A DNA stretch of 52,583 nt. It comes from Aquiluna sp. (GTDB lineage: Bacteria; Actinomycetota; Actinomycetes; Actinomycetales; Microbacteriaceae). Shown here piece after piece: positions 20,016 to 29,751 of this stretch. The stretch is from NCBI GenBank assembly GCA_049457355.1, contig JBMUBK010000001.1, forward strand, positions 1-52,583. The letters run 5' to 3'. The notes beneath the pieces were generated by a model. It was given only the letters and a program-made list of their open reading frames with translations, was not told where the DNA came from and made no database searches. The position numbers and the translations under genes were made by a program. Numbering within the stretch: the first letter of the stretch is position 1; each line of letters opens with the position of its first letter.

Positions 20016-20944
20016 ATCAGCACAGTTAGTGCTTTGTTTTTGAGTGAGAAGTCAACCTCAATAACCTCTCCAACAGGGTCTCCATCGAGCTGCATTGCCG
20101 CTGGAGAATGAGGCTTGATTCGAATTCTTGGGCTTGAGAGGTTCTCGAGGGTTTTTACATTTGCCTTTTCGTCCATCCAGCGTCTACCTAGAGCGAGCGG
20201 GCGGACCACGAGGTTTTGCCAGGTGATTCTCGAGAAGAAGTCCACCCAGTTCCAGATCTTCCTCGGCCCAATTGCTGCGATGTCGAGTTTGCCATCGTCC
20301 ATCTGGGCATCGGGCATCATCGATATCAGCCCTGGGAGCCAGCCCACGTTTCCGACCAGCAGCGAGTAGCTCTTCAGAGTTCTTACCTGGTTGTCAATTT
20401 GCACATCGAAGCGCTCAAACTTCAGCGGTAGTGACCGGATGCCGCCTTCGATATACGCAATCCAACCAACCCTGCGCTTGAGCTTGGGCTGGGTGTTTTC
20501 CATAAGCTTTGCGTCCATGCCAACGCCGGCTATGCCCGTGAAGATGAATTCTCTCAACGAGCCATCTGCGAAGACGGCCCTGGCAACACCGAGGTCGATT
20601 TCGTAGGCGTGACCCTTTAGCGCCTTCTTGATTGCGGCGTCGAGGTTGCCAATTGGAATCTTTAGGTTTCTGGCCAGGATGTTTCCAGTTCCAAGCGGCA
20701 GGATTCCAATTGCGACTTTTTCGCCGGCCGTTCCCTGCACCACGTTGCGCAGGGTGCCATCACCACCGGCAACAAGGATTGTGCTTAGCCCTAGGGCTAG
20801 AGCCTGGCGGGCTTGACCTGCGCCGTTGGAGCTTGAGTCTGTTGCAAGGAAAGTAGGAGTCGCACCGGGGTGCTTGGCAAAGGCCTTTTCGAGCCGGCTA
20901 AGCGCAACCTTTTCCGGGTTATAGATGACCGCAAGCTCACTCAC
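20012..20944 (-). CDS. Diacylglycerol/lipid kinase family protein
   Basis: GGDGT, PLGTGNILA and QLDGD motifs. The second GTG (20944) lies 6 nt after TAGGCT. Confidence 0.9.
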   Translation of the reverse strand: MSELAVIYNPEKVALSRLEKAFAKHPGATPTFLATDSSSNGAGQARQALALGLSTILVAGGDGTLRNVVQGTAGEKVAIGILPLGTGNILARNLKIPIGNLDAAIKKALKGHAYEIDLGVARAVFADGSLREFIFTGIAGVGMDAKLMENTQPKLKRRVGWIAYIEGGIRSLPLKFERFDVQIDNQVRTLKSYSLLVGNVGWLPGLISMMPDAQMDDGKLDIAAIGPRKIWNWVDFFSRITWQNLVVRPLALGRRWMDEKANVKTLENLSSPRIRIKPHSPAAMQLDGDPVGEVIEVDFSLKNKALTVLI

Positions 20945-20983
20945 CACACAAGCCTAACTGGCGGTAGCGGATAGGCTTAGGGG

Positions 20984-22249
20984 GTGATTGACCTGTCCCT
21001 GCTTCGCGAAAACCCCGATGCAATTCGCCTTTCGCAGCGCGCTCGAGGAGCCGATGAATCACTTGTGGACCAGGCCATCGAGCTGGACAAGACCAACAAG
21101 GCCGCACTGCAGCTTTTTGAGAAGCTGAGGTCAGAGCAGAATGCCCACGGCAAGCTAGTCGCCGCAGCTCCGAAAGAGGAAAAAGCTTCTTTGGTTGCTC
21201 AGGCCCAGTCGATGGCTCAGCAGGTCAAAGAGGCCGAGGCCAAGGCGAATCAGGCCGGCGAGGCACTCAATGCTGTCCTCTACAAGATTGACAATGTAGT
21301 CCTCGAGGGCGTTCCCTCAGGTGGCGAAGAGGACTTCGTGGTCCTTCGCGAAGAGGGCACAAAACCCAAGTTTGACTTCAAGCCTCTAGACCACGCTGAG
21401 CTTGGCGAGAAGCTAGATGTTATTGACATCGAGCGCGGGGTAAAGATCTCCGGTTCGAGGTTCTATTTCTTGAAGGGCTGGGGTGCAAGGCTAGAGCTTG
21501 CGATGATGCAGCTGGCTTTGGACCAGGCACACGCAGCGGGTTTCATCCCGCTGATCACTCCAACACTGGTAAGGCCCGAGGTGATGCAGGGCACCGGGTT
21601 TTTGGGAGAGCACTCCTCGGAGATTTACTACCTTGAGGCTGATGATCTCTACCTCACCGGCACCAGCGAGGTTGCCCTTGCCGGCTATCACTCGGGTGAG
21701 ATTCTCGACGACTTTTCGGAGCCGCTTCGCTATGCGGGCTGGTCAACCTGCTATCGCAGAGAGGCGGGAAGCCACGGCAAGGACATCAAAGGCATCCTGA
21801 GGGTCCACCAATTCAACAAACTGGAGATGTTCTCCTACTGCAAGCCAGAGGATGCCGAAGCAGAGCACGAGCGAATGCTTTCGTGGCAAGAGGAGATGCT
21901 CAAAAAGTGTGAGCTTCCCTACCGTGTGATTGATGTTGCTGCCGGAGATCTGGGCTCATCGGCTGCCAAGAAGTATGACGTCGAGGCATGGGTTCCCTCC
22001 CAAGAGAAGTATCGGGAGCTGACCTCGACCTCTAACTGCACCACCTTCCAGGCCAGGAGACTCAACACTCGTTACCGAGATGAAAACGGCAAGACCCAGA
22101 TGCTTGCAACCTTGAACGGAACCCTCGCCACAACCCGTTGGCTGGTTGCCATCTTGGAAAACCACCAGCAATCTGATGGATCGGTACTGGTTCCAGCTGC
22201 ACTGCGTCCTTACCTCGGCGGTCTAGAGAAGATAAGCCCCAAAGCCTAG
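20984..22249 (+). CDS. serS: Seryl-tRNA synthetase
   Basis: [23 protein letters not shown] and ELTSTSNCT motifs. Confidence 0.98.
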   Translation: MIDLSLLRENPDAIRLSQRARGADESLVDQAIELDKTNKAALQLFEKLRSEQNAHGKLVAAAPKEEKASLVAQAQSMAQQVKEAEAKANQAGEALNAVLYKIDNVVLEGVPSGGEEDFVVLREEGTKPKFDFKPLDHAELGEKLDVIDIERGVKISGSRFYFLKGWGARLELAMMQLALDQAHAAGFIPLITPTLVRPEVMQGTGFLGEHSSEIYYLEADDLYLTGTSEVALAGYHSGEILDDFSEPLRYAGWSTCYRREAGSHGKDIKGILRVHQFNKLEMFSYCKPEDAEAEHERMLSWQEEMLKKCELPYRVIDVAAGDLGSSAAKKYDVEAWVPSQEKYRELTSTSNCTTFQARRLNTRYRDENGKTQMLATLNGTLATTRWLVAILENHQQSDGSVLVPAALRPYLGGLEKISPKA

Positions 22250-22251
22250 GG

Positions 22252-23079
22252 ATGAAAGAAGACGGCTGGCTTATTGCCCTTGATATTGACGGCACCCTGG
22301 TTCACGACGATGGCTACCTCTCGCCACGGGTGAAGGAGCAGGTTAATCGGGTAAGAGCCCTAGGGCATCACGTATTTGTCTCTACCGGTCGAGCTGCAGC
22401 AAACGCCTTTCCGGTAATTCGGGAGTTAGGGATTCAATCAGGTCACGCCGTTTGCTCAAATGGGGCGGTTACGATTCGGCTCGATCAGGAGCACCCGAAG
22501 GGTTTTGAGACCCACAGCGTTGAGACTTTTGATCCGGCTGAGGTGCTGACGCAGCTAATAGACAAGCTGCCAAATGCCCATTTTGCCGTCGAAGACGTTG
22601 ATGGCAGCTACCGCTTCCACAAGCCATTTCCTACCTATGCGCTGGGGGAACAGAACTTTGAGACCCCGCTGGATGAGCTCTTGCACCACCCGGTAAGCCG
22701 GGTGGTGGTGCTCTCGCCCGATCACGATGTTGATCAGTTCATTCAGCTGATGGACAACGTCGGTCTGCAATCAGTTTCATACGCGATTGGCTACACCGCT
22801 TGGCTAGACATCGCCCCCAGGGGCATTGACAAGGGCCACGGCCTTGCAAAGCTCCGCGAGGAGTATGGCCATGCCTCGAGTCGAGTGTTGGTTATGGGCG
22901 ATGGCAGAAACGACATTGAAATGTTTCAGTGGGCAAAGTCCCTAGGTGGTTATGCGTTTGCCATGGGTCAGGCACCAGATGAGGTGAAGCTTGCTGCTAC
23001 CGCAACCACCGGAGCCGTTGACGATGACGGTGTTGCGCAGGTTCTGGCTTCGCTCGAGGGACTTGAGTTTTTGAGCTAG
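22252..23079 (+). CDS. Cof-type HAD hydrolase
   Basis: DIDGTL, STGR and GDGRNDIEM motifs. Confidence 0.93.
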   Translation: MKEDGWLIALDIDGTLVHDDGYLSPRVKEQVNRVRALGHHVFVSTGRAAANAFPVIRELGIQSGHAVCSNGAVTIRLDQEHPKGFETHSVETFDPAEVLTQLIDKLPNAHFAVEDVDGSYRFHKPFPTYALGEQNFETPLDELLHHPVSRVVVLSPDHDVDQFIQLMDNVGLQSVSYAIGYTAWLDIAPRGIDKGHGLAKLREEYGHASSRVLVMGDGRNDIEMFQWAKSLGGYAFAMGQAPDEVKLAATATTGAVDDDGVAQVLASLEGLEFLS

Positions 23080-23096
23080 GCACTAAACTCCTATGC

Positions 23097-23184
23097 GGAG
23101 GTCTGTCCGAGCGGCCGAAGGAGCTGGTCTTGAAAACCAGTGGGCAGAAATGTCTCGTGGGTTCGAATCCCACGGCCTCCGCCA
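23097..23184 (+). tRNA. tRNA-Ser(TGA)
   Basis: GGAGGTC/GGCCTCC acceptor, anticodon arm CTGGT-CTTGAAA-ACCAG, long variable arm, GTTCGAATCC and encoded CCA. Confidence 0.97.
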
Positions 23185-23253
23185 TCATTCTCAGCTAATT
23201 GTAAAAACTGTAAGTCCATTACAGCGATCATCTATACCCAATTGTTATTCGAA

Positions 23254-23267
23254 TGTAACCGCTTACA
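23254..23267. promoter_or_regulatory. LacI-type operator upstream of the sugar ABC operon
   Basis: Near-palindrome TGTAACCGCTTACA with central CG. Confidence 0.6.
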
Positions 23268-23359
23268 GTTTCTTTACAGTTGGGATGTTATTTATCCTTG
23301 GTTCACGCCTTACTTCGTGAGGTGCGGGCTTTATTGCCTAAATCATCGAAAGGACACAA

Positions 23360-24751
23360 ATGTCAACACTACGTCGTCGTTTGGTTGCAGTAGGTGCAAC
23401 CGCGATCGCGTCAACTCTCGTGATTGCTGGTTGTGCAGCAACCGAGGAGGAGACTACAAGTGGCTCAACCGGAGGAGACTCTGGCAGCACTGAGCAGACC
23501 ATGGAAGGCTGCGACTTCTACGCAGACTACATGGGCAACGAGGGCACTGAGGTGGAGATCTACACCACCATCATTGACCCAGAGGCCTCCCTCTTCATCG
23601 ACTCATTCGGTGAGTTCGAGGAGTGCACTGGAATTACTATCAACTGGAACGGTTCTCAGGACTTTGAGACCCAGATTCAGGTTCGTGCCGAGGGTGGCAC
23701 CGCTCCTGAGCTAGCCATCTTCCCTCAGCCAGGTCTTCTTGCTGACATGGCAAGGACTGGCTTCATGGTTCCTGCTCCTCAGCAGGTTTCTGACTCAGTG
23801 GACGCTAACTACACCGCTGACTGGAAGGTCTATGGAACCGTGGACGGCGTCTTCTACGCTGCACCACTTGGTGCAAACGTGAAGTCCTTCGTCTGGTACT
23901 CACCAAAGACTTTTGCTGACAACGGCTGGGAGATCCCAACCACTTGGGACGAGCTACTAGCTCTCTCCGACACCATCGCAGCATCTGGCGCTAGCCAGCC
24001 ATGGTGTGTAGGTGTTGAGTCTGGTGTTGCAACCGGTTGGGCAGCTACCGACTGGATGGAAGACCTCATGCTCCGCTTCCAGGACGCTGAGACCTACGAC
24101 CGCTGGGTATCAAACGACCTAGCCTTCAACTCACCTGAGGTTCTTGAGGTAATCAACGAGGCAGACAAGATTCTGCGTAACCCAGACTACGTTGGAAACG
24201 TTCAGGCGATTGCCGCAACTTCCTTCGCAACCGCTGGTGGCGGCCTAGTTGACGGTAGCTGTGCAATGCACCGTCAGGCATCGTTCATCGGTGGAATCTT
24301 GGCCGCTGACTTCGGCGCTCAGATTGTTACCCCAGAGGACACCGACGTCGAGGGTGGAATTACCACCTTCTACTTCCCAGGTGTTTCCGCTGACAACCGC
24401 CCTGCCCTCGGTGGTGGCGAGTTTGTTGGTGCCTTCTCTGACCGCCCAGAGGTTCAGGCAGTACAGCACTACCTGACCACCGCTGAGTGGAACAACAAGA
24501 AGGCCGCCGATGGCGGTAGCTGGTTCTCCGCTCACCTAGGCCTAAAGCAGGAGAGCGTTGCTGACCCAGTAAACAAGGTCGCAGTTGACATCCTTCAGAA
24601 CGCCTCAACCTTCCGCTTCGACGCATCTGACCTGATGCCAGGAGCTGTTGGTGCAGGTACCTTCTGGACCGAGATGACCGCTTGGTTCGCAGAGGGCAAG
24701 GACAGTCAGGCAGTGCTAGACGCTATTCAGGCGTCCTGGCCAGCCGACTAG
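23360..24751 (+). CDS. Sugar ABC substrate-binding lipoprotein (AglE/GgtB alpha-glucoside-like)
   Basis: Lipobox IAGC, and FPQPG, NVKSFVWY, WCVGVESG.ATGW and FRFDASDLMP motifs. Confidence 0.9.
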   Translation: MSTLRRRLVAVGATAIASTLVIAGCAATEEETTSGSTGGDSGSTEQTMEGCDFYADYMGNEGTEVEIYTTIIDPEASLFIDSFGEFEECTGITINWNGSQDFETQIQVRAEGGTAPELAIFPQPGLLADMARTGFMVPAPQQVSDSVDANYTADWKVYGTVDGVFYAAPLGANVKSFVWYSPKTFADNGWEIPTTWDELLALSDTIAASGASQPWCVGVESGVATGWAATDWMEDLMLRFQDAETYDRWVSNDLAFNSPEVLEVINEADKILRNPDYVGNVQAIAATSFATAGGGLVDGSCAMHRQASFIGGILAADFGAQIVTPEDTDVEGGITTFYFPGVSADNRPALGGGEFVGAFSDRPEVQAVQHYLTTAEWNNKKAADGGSWFSAHLGLKQESVADPVNKVAVDILQNASTFRFDASDLMPGAVGAGTFWTEMTAWFAEGKDSQAVLDAIQASWPAD

Positions 24752-24771
24752 TCTGTTCTAGTAGACAGAGC

Positions 24772-24805
24772 AACTCGAGGGGCTCGGCAACGGGCCCCTC
24801 GAGTT
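24772..24805 (+). terminator. Intercistronic stem-loop (terminator or mRNA stabiliser)
   Basis: AACTCGAGGGGCTCG-GCAA-CGGGCCCCTCGAGTT, a 15-bp stem with a GNRA loop after the SBP gene. Confidence 0.8.
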
Positions 24806-24825
24806 CTTCCTAAGTTAAGAATGGG

Positions 24826-25845
24826 ATGGGCATCGTGACTCCAGGCGTTTTCACAGCTAGAGAGACTGGCTGGGACGTAATTGCTCCTAATCTCACAATC
24901 ACAATTTTTGGCCTACTTACTTTTGCGGCGGTAATTTTCTTACTCTTCGTCATTGGAGAGCGCTCGAGCGTGAAAGCGCAGGAGTGGGTCAAGTACCTGG
25001 TATTTCTGGTACCAGCTCTATTTCTCCTCACAATCGGCCTGATCTACCCGGCCATTAGAACCCTGTTTCTGTCCTTCATGGATGCCAGGGGCGAGACCTT
25101 CATAGGTTTTGATAATTACATCTGGGCCTTTACTAAGCCCGAGATATTGGTAGTACTTAGAAACACAATTATTTGGACTCTTGCGGTCCCCATCTTTTCC
25201 ACAACCATCGGCCTTGGAATCGCCTACTTCACCGACCGTATGAAACGCGGGGCCTGGGTTAAGTCGCTGATTTTTATGCCCATGGCAATTTCATTCGTTG
25301 GGGCCTCGGTTATTTGGCGGTTTGTTTATCAGTACGAGCCCAACCTAAACAAACCTGACATTGGTCTTATGAGCGCATTAGCGAAGGCCATTGGTATCGC
25401 GGATCCACCAATTTGGCTTATCGAAGCTCCAATGAACACGTTCCTGCTCATTGCAGTAATGGTCTGGATTCAGACTGGTTTTGCGATGGTTGTGCTCGGG
25501 GCGGCAATGAAGAACATTCCCGACGAGATAGTCGAGGCATCGATGTTGGATGGTGCTAGCCAATGGCGAAGGTTCAGCCAAATAACTGTCCCAATGATTC
25601 GTTCGACGATTGTCGTGGTTGTTACCACCGTCCTAATTGGAACGCTGAAGGTCTTCGACATAGTTCGAACGATGACCGGAGGTAACTTCGAGACGAACGT
25701 AATCGCCAATGAGATGTTCAACCAGGCCTTCCAGCAAAGAAACTATGGAACAGGTAGCGCCTTGGCCATTCTCCTATTCCTCGGAGTGATACCAATCGTT
25801 GCCTACAACATCAGACAACTTCGCCGCGAAAGGACGGAACGCTAA
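24826..25845 (+). CDS. Sugar ABC permease (AglF-like)
   Basis: FMPMAISFVGA, WIQTGFAMV and an EAA loop. Confidence 0.93.
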   Translation: MGIVTPGVFTARETGWDVIAPNLTITIFGLLTFAAVIFLLFVIGERSSVKAQEWVKYLVFLVPALFLLTIGLIYPAIRTLFLSFMDARGETFIGFDNYIWAFTKPEILVVLRNTIIWTLAVPIFSTTIGLGIAYFTDRMKRGAWVKSLIFMPMAISFVGASVIWRFVYQYEPNLNKPDIGLMSALAKAIGIADPPIWLIEAPMNTFLLIAVMVWIQTGFAMVVLGAAMKNIPDEIVEASMLDGASQWRRFSQITVPMIRSTIVVVVTTVLIGTLKVFDIVRTMTGGNFETNVIANEMFNQAFQQRNYGTGSALAILLFLGVIPIVAYNIRQLRRERTER

Positions 25846-26786
25846 TGACTCAATTGGCACCCAAACCAAGCGGTTTGAAGCTAACCAGGGGCCGCCGCAA
25901 GGTAAAAGACGCCTTCAGCTCGCCATGGGCTTCGTTCTTCGCGATTGTCATCGCTCTGCTGTGGACCATTCCGACCTTTGGTCTACTGGTTACTTCATTC
26001 AGACCCAAAGTTGACATCGTCACCACGGGCTGGTGGACATTCTTCAGTAATCCAAATGTGACTCTCGAGAACTACCAGAGTGTTTTCCTCCAGGGAAACA
26101 ACGTGACTCCACCGCTGAGCCAATACATTTTCAACAGCTTCGCAATCACGATTCCAGCGGCTGTCTTCCCTCTTACAATCGCCGTCTTTGCCGCCTATGC
26201 CCTGGCCTGGTTTGAATTCAAAGGTCGGGACTTCATTTTCTTCTCGATCTTCGCGCTTCAGGTCATTCCGCTCCAGCTAACACTGATCCCGCTGCTTCAG
26301 CTGTTTGCACGAGGCCAAATCGCTGGCGTTCAGGTCCTGCCCGACATGGAGATTACTGGCAGCTACATACCGATTTGGATAGCTCACACAATTTTCGGCC
26401 TGCCATTGGCAATCTTCTTGCTGCACAACTTCTTGCGGCAGATACCCAGGGAGCTCGTGGAGGCCGCGAGAGTTGATGGTGCCGGCTGGTTCATGCTTTT
26501 CAGGAAGATCATCTTCCCGCTGTCTATCCCCGCTATCGCATCGTTTGCGATTTTCCAGTTCCTCTGGGTTTGGAATGACCTCCTGGTCGGTCTGACATTT
26601 GGAGGCGGCGTCCGAGAGATTGCTCCGCTTACGGTGAGGCTTGCGGAGATGGTCGGCACCAGAGGTTCTGGCTGGGAAGTGCTCACGGCAGGAGCATTTA
26701 TCTCGATGATTGTTCCGCTGATTGTGTTCTTTACGCTCCAGCGCTACTTCATCCGAGGTTTGCTGGCTGGTTCCGTGAAGGGCTAG
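25845..26786 (+). CDS. Sugar ABC permease (AglG-like)
   Basis: EAARVDGA and FQFLWVWNDLL motifs. Confidence 0.93.
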   Translation: MTQLAPKPSGLKLTRGRRKVKDAFSSPWASFFAIVIALLWTIPTFGLLVTSFRPKVDIVTTGWWTFFSNPNVTLENYQSVFLQGNNVTPPLSQYIFNSFAITIPAAVFPLTIAVFAAYALAWFEFKGRDFIFFSIFALQVIPLQLTLIPLLQLFARGQIAGVQVLPDMEITGSYIPIWIAHTIFGLPLAIFLLHNFLRQIPRELVEAARVDGAGWFMLFRKIIFPLSIPAIASFAIFQFLWVWNDLLVGLTFGGGVREIAPLTVRLAEMVGTRGSGWEVLTAGAFISMIVPLIVFFTLQRYFIRGLLAGSVKG

Positions 26787-28162
26787 CCCCTAGCTTCAAC
26801 CATCGCCTTGATCAGCTTTGCGCTGTCCTTTGGCGTCCTCACTTGAGTCACGTGGTCCACGTAGATGATTCCAAAGCGCTTGGCCAGCCCCTCGGCCCAC
26901 TCAATATTGTCAAGAAGCGACCAGGCGAAGTAGCCCCTCAGGTCGACACCCTGGTCCTTGGCATCCAAAGCTGCTGAGATGTGGCTTAGGAAGTAGCTCA
27001 CTCTGCCTTCGTCATGAACCTCGCCGTCTTCAAGCTTGTCATCGAAGGCACCACCGTTTTCGGTTATGTATAGCGGGACACCCGGCAGGCGGTCAGCAGT
27101 TTGCTTCAGTGTGCTGGTAATTGAGGGGGAGTGAATCTCCCAACCCATCTCCGTCCTTGGCTCCAGGGGGTTCATTGCCGCCCCAGCTGGTGTTCCGGGG
27201 AAAAGCGAGAAGTCCTGGCCAACGGCCTTCTTGGACTGTTCGCTGGCTGCAATCAATCGGGACGGGGTGTAGTAGTTGATTCCAAGCCAATCTATTGGCG
27301 CGGCAATCTTCTTTAGCTGCTCCTGCTCCACAAATGCCCAGTCGGTGATGTCTTTGGTCCGCTCTATGAGCTGGCCATCAATAGGGCGTCCGGCAAGTAG
27401 GTCTAGCCAGAAGCGATTTTGGAGGAGGTCAACGTAGTCAGCTACCGGTTCAACCTCGGCATCATCGGCGATGACGGTAGTGAGGTTTAGAACGGTTCCG
27501 AGGTTACTAAGTCCATGTGAGCGGAGAACTTCAAGGCCGGAGGCGTGTGCCGTCATGAGTCGGTAGGCGGCCTCAAGCCCTTTGGCGGGATCTCCGTGCC
27601 CTGGGGCGTGAATCTTTGTGGCGTAGCCCAAGAAGGCTGAAACCCAGGGCTCATTGAGAGTCGCCCACATCGCAACGCGGTCACCAAGACGCTTTGCTAC
27701 TAGGTCCGTATAGTCGGCAAAGTGCTTATGTATGTCCTCGTTGTTCCATCCACCAATGGCTTCTAGTTCGCTTGGAAGGTCCCAGTGATAAAGGGTTAAG
27801 ACTGGCTTGATGTTTCTCTTGATGAGACCGTCAACCAGTCGATCATAAAAACTGAGGCCGGCTTCGCTTGCGGCTTTTGCCTGGGGCATTACTCTCGGCC
27901 AGGAAACAGAGAACCTGTAGGCATCGACGCCTAGCCAGGCTAGGTGGTCGAGGTCTTCTTCCAACCTATTTACGTGGTCACACGCAGGGTCTGCGACCGT
28001 GCCATCGGCAATGTTTCCGGGAACGGCAGCAAAGTCGTCCCAGATGCTGCGACCTCGCCCCGCGCTATCGCCTTCCACCTGCCAAGAGGCGGTAGCAGCG
28101 CCAACAATGAAATCGCTGGGAATTCTTTGGGAAAGGTTGCTTATTGCCGTAGTGTCTAACAT
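26783..28162 (-). CDS. GH1 beta-glucosidase
   Basis: ATASWQVEG, TLNEPW (acid/base), YITENG (nucleophile) and WSLLDNIEW. ATG 28162 lies 6 nt after TAGACT. Confidence 0.95.
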   Translation of the reverse strand: MLDTTAISNLSQRIPSDFIVGAATASWQVEGDSAGRGRSIWDDFAAVPGNIADGTVADPACDHVNRLEEDLDHLAWLGVDAYRFSVSWPRVMPQAKAASEAGLSFYDRLVDGLIKRNIKPVLTLYHWDLPSELEAIGGWNNEDIHKHFADYTDLVAKRLGDRVAMWATLNEPWVSAFLGYATKIHAPGHGDPAKGLEAAYRLMTAHASGLEVLRSHGLSNLGTVLNLTTVIADDAEVEPVADYVDLLQNRFWLDLLAGRPIDGQLIERTKDITDWAFVEQEQLKKIAAPIDWLGINYYTPSRLIAASEQSKKAVGQDFSLFPGTPAGAAMNPLEPRTEMGWEIHSPSITSTLKQTADRLPGVPLYITENGGAFDDKLEDGEVHDEGRVSYFLSHISAALDAKDQGVDLRGYFAWSLLDNIEWAEGLAKRFGIIYVDHVTQVRTPKDSAKLIKAMVEARG

Positions 28163-28192
28163 AACCAAAGTCTAGTTTTCATAGGCAGACGA

Positions 28193-29410
28193 TTGAGCCA
28201 ATCAGAGTTCCAATTTATTGAACCAGAGCGCCCCAAGCGGAGGCGCTGGATTCGCTATTTGCTCCTTGCCATAGCGGCAATTGTGACCGTAGCGATGGTG
28301 ACTCTTGGCGGTGGCGTGGTTTATGTCTCCACACAACTCAGAGCGGCCGGTATTGAGGTTTTTTCAACGGACGGCGAGACCTTTGACCTTCCGACTGCCG
28401 AGGAGATAAACGGCCCAATCAACCTTCTACTTATAGGTTCAGATACACGCGAGGGCCAGGGTTCAACTGCTTATGGCCCGGTTGGTGCAGAGCTTGCAGA
28501 CGTGATCATCCTCCTTCACATCAACGAGGAGCGCTCCAACGCGGTTGCGATGAGCTTCCCCAGAGACTTGATGATCGCAGTTCCTGAATGCCCAAACCCC
28601 GAGGGCGGTGCTCCATACCCGGCCAAAGAATTTGCTCAAATCAATGCGACTATGAACTATGGCGGCCCTGCCTGCACGCTGCTAGCCGTGCAGTCGCTCA
28701 CCGGCATCGAGATTCCCTACTTGGCAATGATCGACTTCAAAGGCGTAATTGCGATGAGCGAGGCGGTCGGCGGTGTTGATGTCTGTGTCGCTGAGCCAAT
28801 CGATGATGACTACACGCAGCTTTATCTCGATGCTGGAGAACACACATTAATCGGTGAGGAGGCACTTGCTTTCTTGCGAACTCGCCATGGTGTCGGCGAT
28901 GGCTCTGACCTCTCCCGAATTTCCAACCAGCAGGTCTTCCTGACTTCTCTGGTGAGAAAGCTCAAGGATGAGGGTGCTCTGACTAACCCATTCACCATGT
29001 TCCGCCTCGGCACAGCAGCTCTCAACAACATGACGCTATCTAGAAGCCTTACCGACCTGGGCGTTATTTATGGCATGGCAAGAGAGGTTAACGACGTTGA
29101 TCTCGACAAAATTACATTCCTAAAACTTCCGGTCTATGACCTTGAGGGAGACTTTGCTGGTCGAGTTGGGGTCTCTACCGAGCGGGCAACTCTCCTGTTT
29201 GACAAGCTCGCAAACGATGAGCCATTAGTTCTGGCGGAGCCAAACATCGGCCCCGGTGCGGTGGTGGCCGAAGACAGTGTCCCGGTTGAAGATGCTGCCG
29301 AGGCAGATGTTGACGTCGAGCAATCGACAGAGGCAGCCAGTGAATCTGAGGATGTGCTACCCGACTGGGTTCAGGGCACCAACGCCTCGGTCAAGAGCTG
29401 CTCAAGCTAG
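28193..29410 (+). CDS. LCP (LytR-CpsA-Psr) family cell-wall ligase
   Basis: N-terminal TM, and LLIGSDTR, SFPRDL and RTRHGVGDGSDLSRI motifs. Confidence 0.93.
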   Translation: MSQSEFQFIEPERPKRRRWIRYLLLAIAAIVTVAMVTLGGGVVYVSTQLRAAGIEVFSTDGETFDLPTAEEINGPINLLLIGSDTREGQGSTAYGPVGAELADVIILLHINEERSNAVAMSFPRDLMIAVPECPNPEGGAPYPAKEFAQINATMNYGGPACTLLAVQSLTGIEIPYLAMIDFKGVIAMSEAVGGVDVCVAEPIDDDYTQLYLDAGEHTLIGEEALAFLRTRHGVGDGSDLSRISNQQVFLTSLVRKLKDEGALTNPFTMFRLGTAALNNMTLSRSLTDLGVIYGMAREVNDVDLDKITFLKLPVYDLEGDFAGRVGVSTERATLLFDKLANDEPLVLAEPNIGPGAVVAEDSVPVEDAAEADVDVEQSTEAASESEDVLPDWVQGTNASVKSCSS

Positions 29411-29451
29411 TTTCTAAAGCAAAGCGTTTTCTTATAGGCTTTCAGGGCACT

Positions 29452-29542
<91 letters not shown>

Positions 29543-29635
29543 CCGAGATTCTCTCCTGTAATCCGGGCTCTTAGGCCTCTGGTTTAGGGGGTTATCTTCG
29601 CCGGCTGAGTCCGTTAGACTCGGCTTCTGCACCAG

Positions 29636-29708
29636 GCGCCTGTAGCTCAATGGATAGAGCATCTGACTACGGATCAGAAGGTTGGGGGTTCGAGTCCCTC
29701 CAGGCGTG
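29636..29708 (+). tRNA. tRNA-Arg(ACG)
   Basis: GCGCCTG/CAGGCGT acceptor, TCTGA-CTACGGA-TCAGA anticodon arm and GTTCGAGTCC. Confidence 0.96.
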
Positions 29709-29710
29709 CT

Positions 29711-29751
29711 GAAACCCATCAAGAATTTCACGACTTGATGGGTTTCTTTTT
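29711..29751. terminator. Intrinsic terminator between tRNA-Arg and the convergent MFS gene
   Basis: GAAACCCATCAAG...CTTGATGGGTTTC (13-bp stem) followed by a T-tract. Confidence 0.85.

Noticed and set aside
23303-23340. Riboswitch in the leader of the first sugar-binding protein
   Set aside because: Only a short 5'-terminal hairpin and a 3-bp stem, neither overlapping the RBS; more likely a stability element.
23093-23493. ORFs 23093-23320 and 23140-23493, and similarly 29489-29731
   Set aside because: They overlap tRNA genes or promoter DNA and have no protein-like features.
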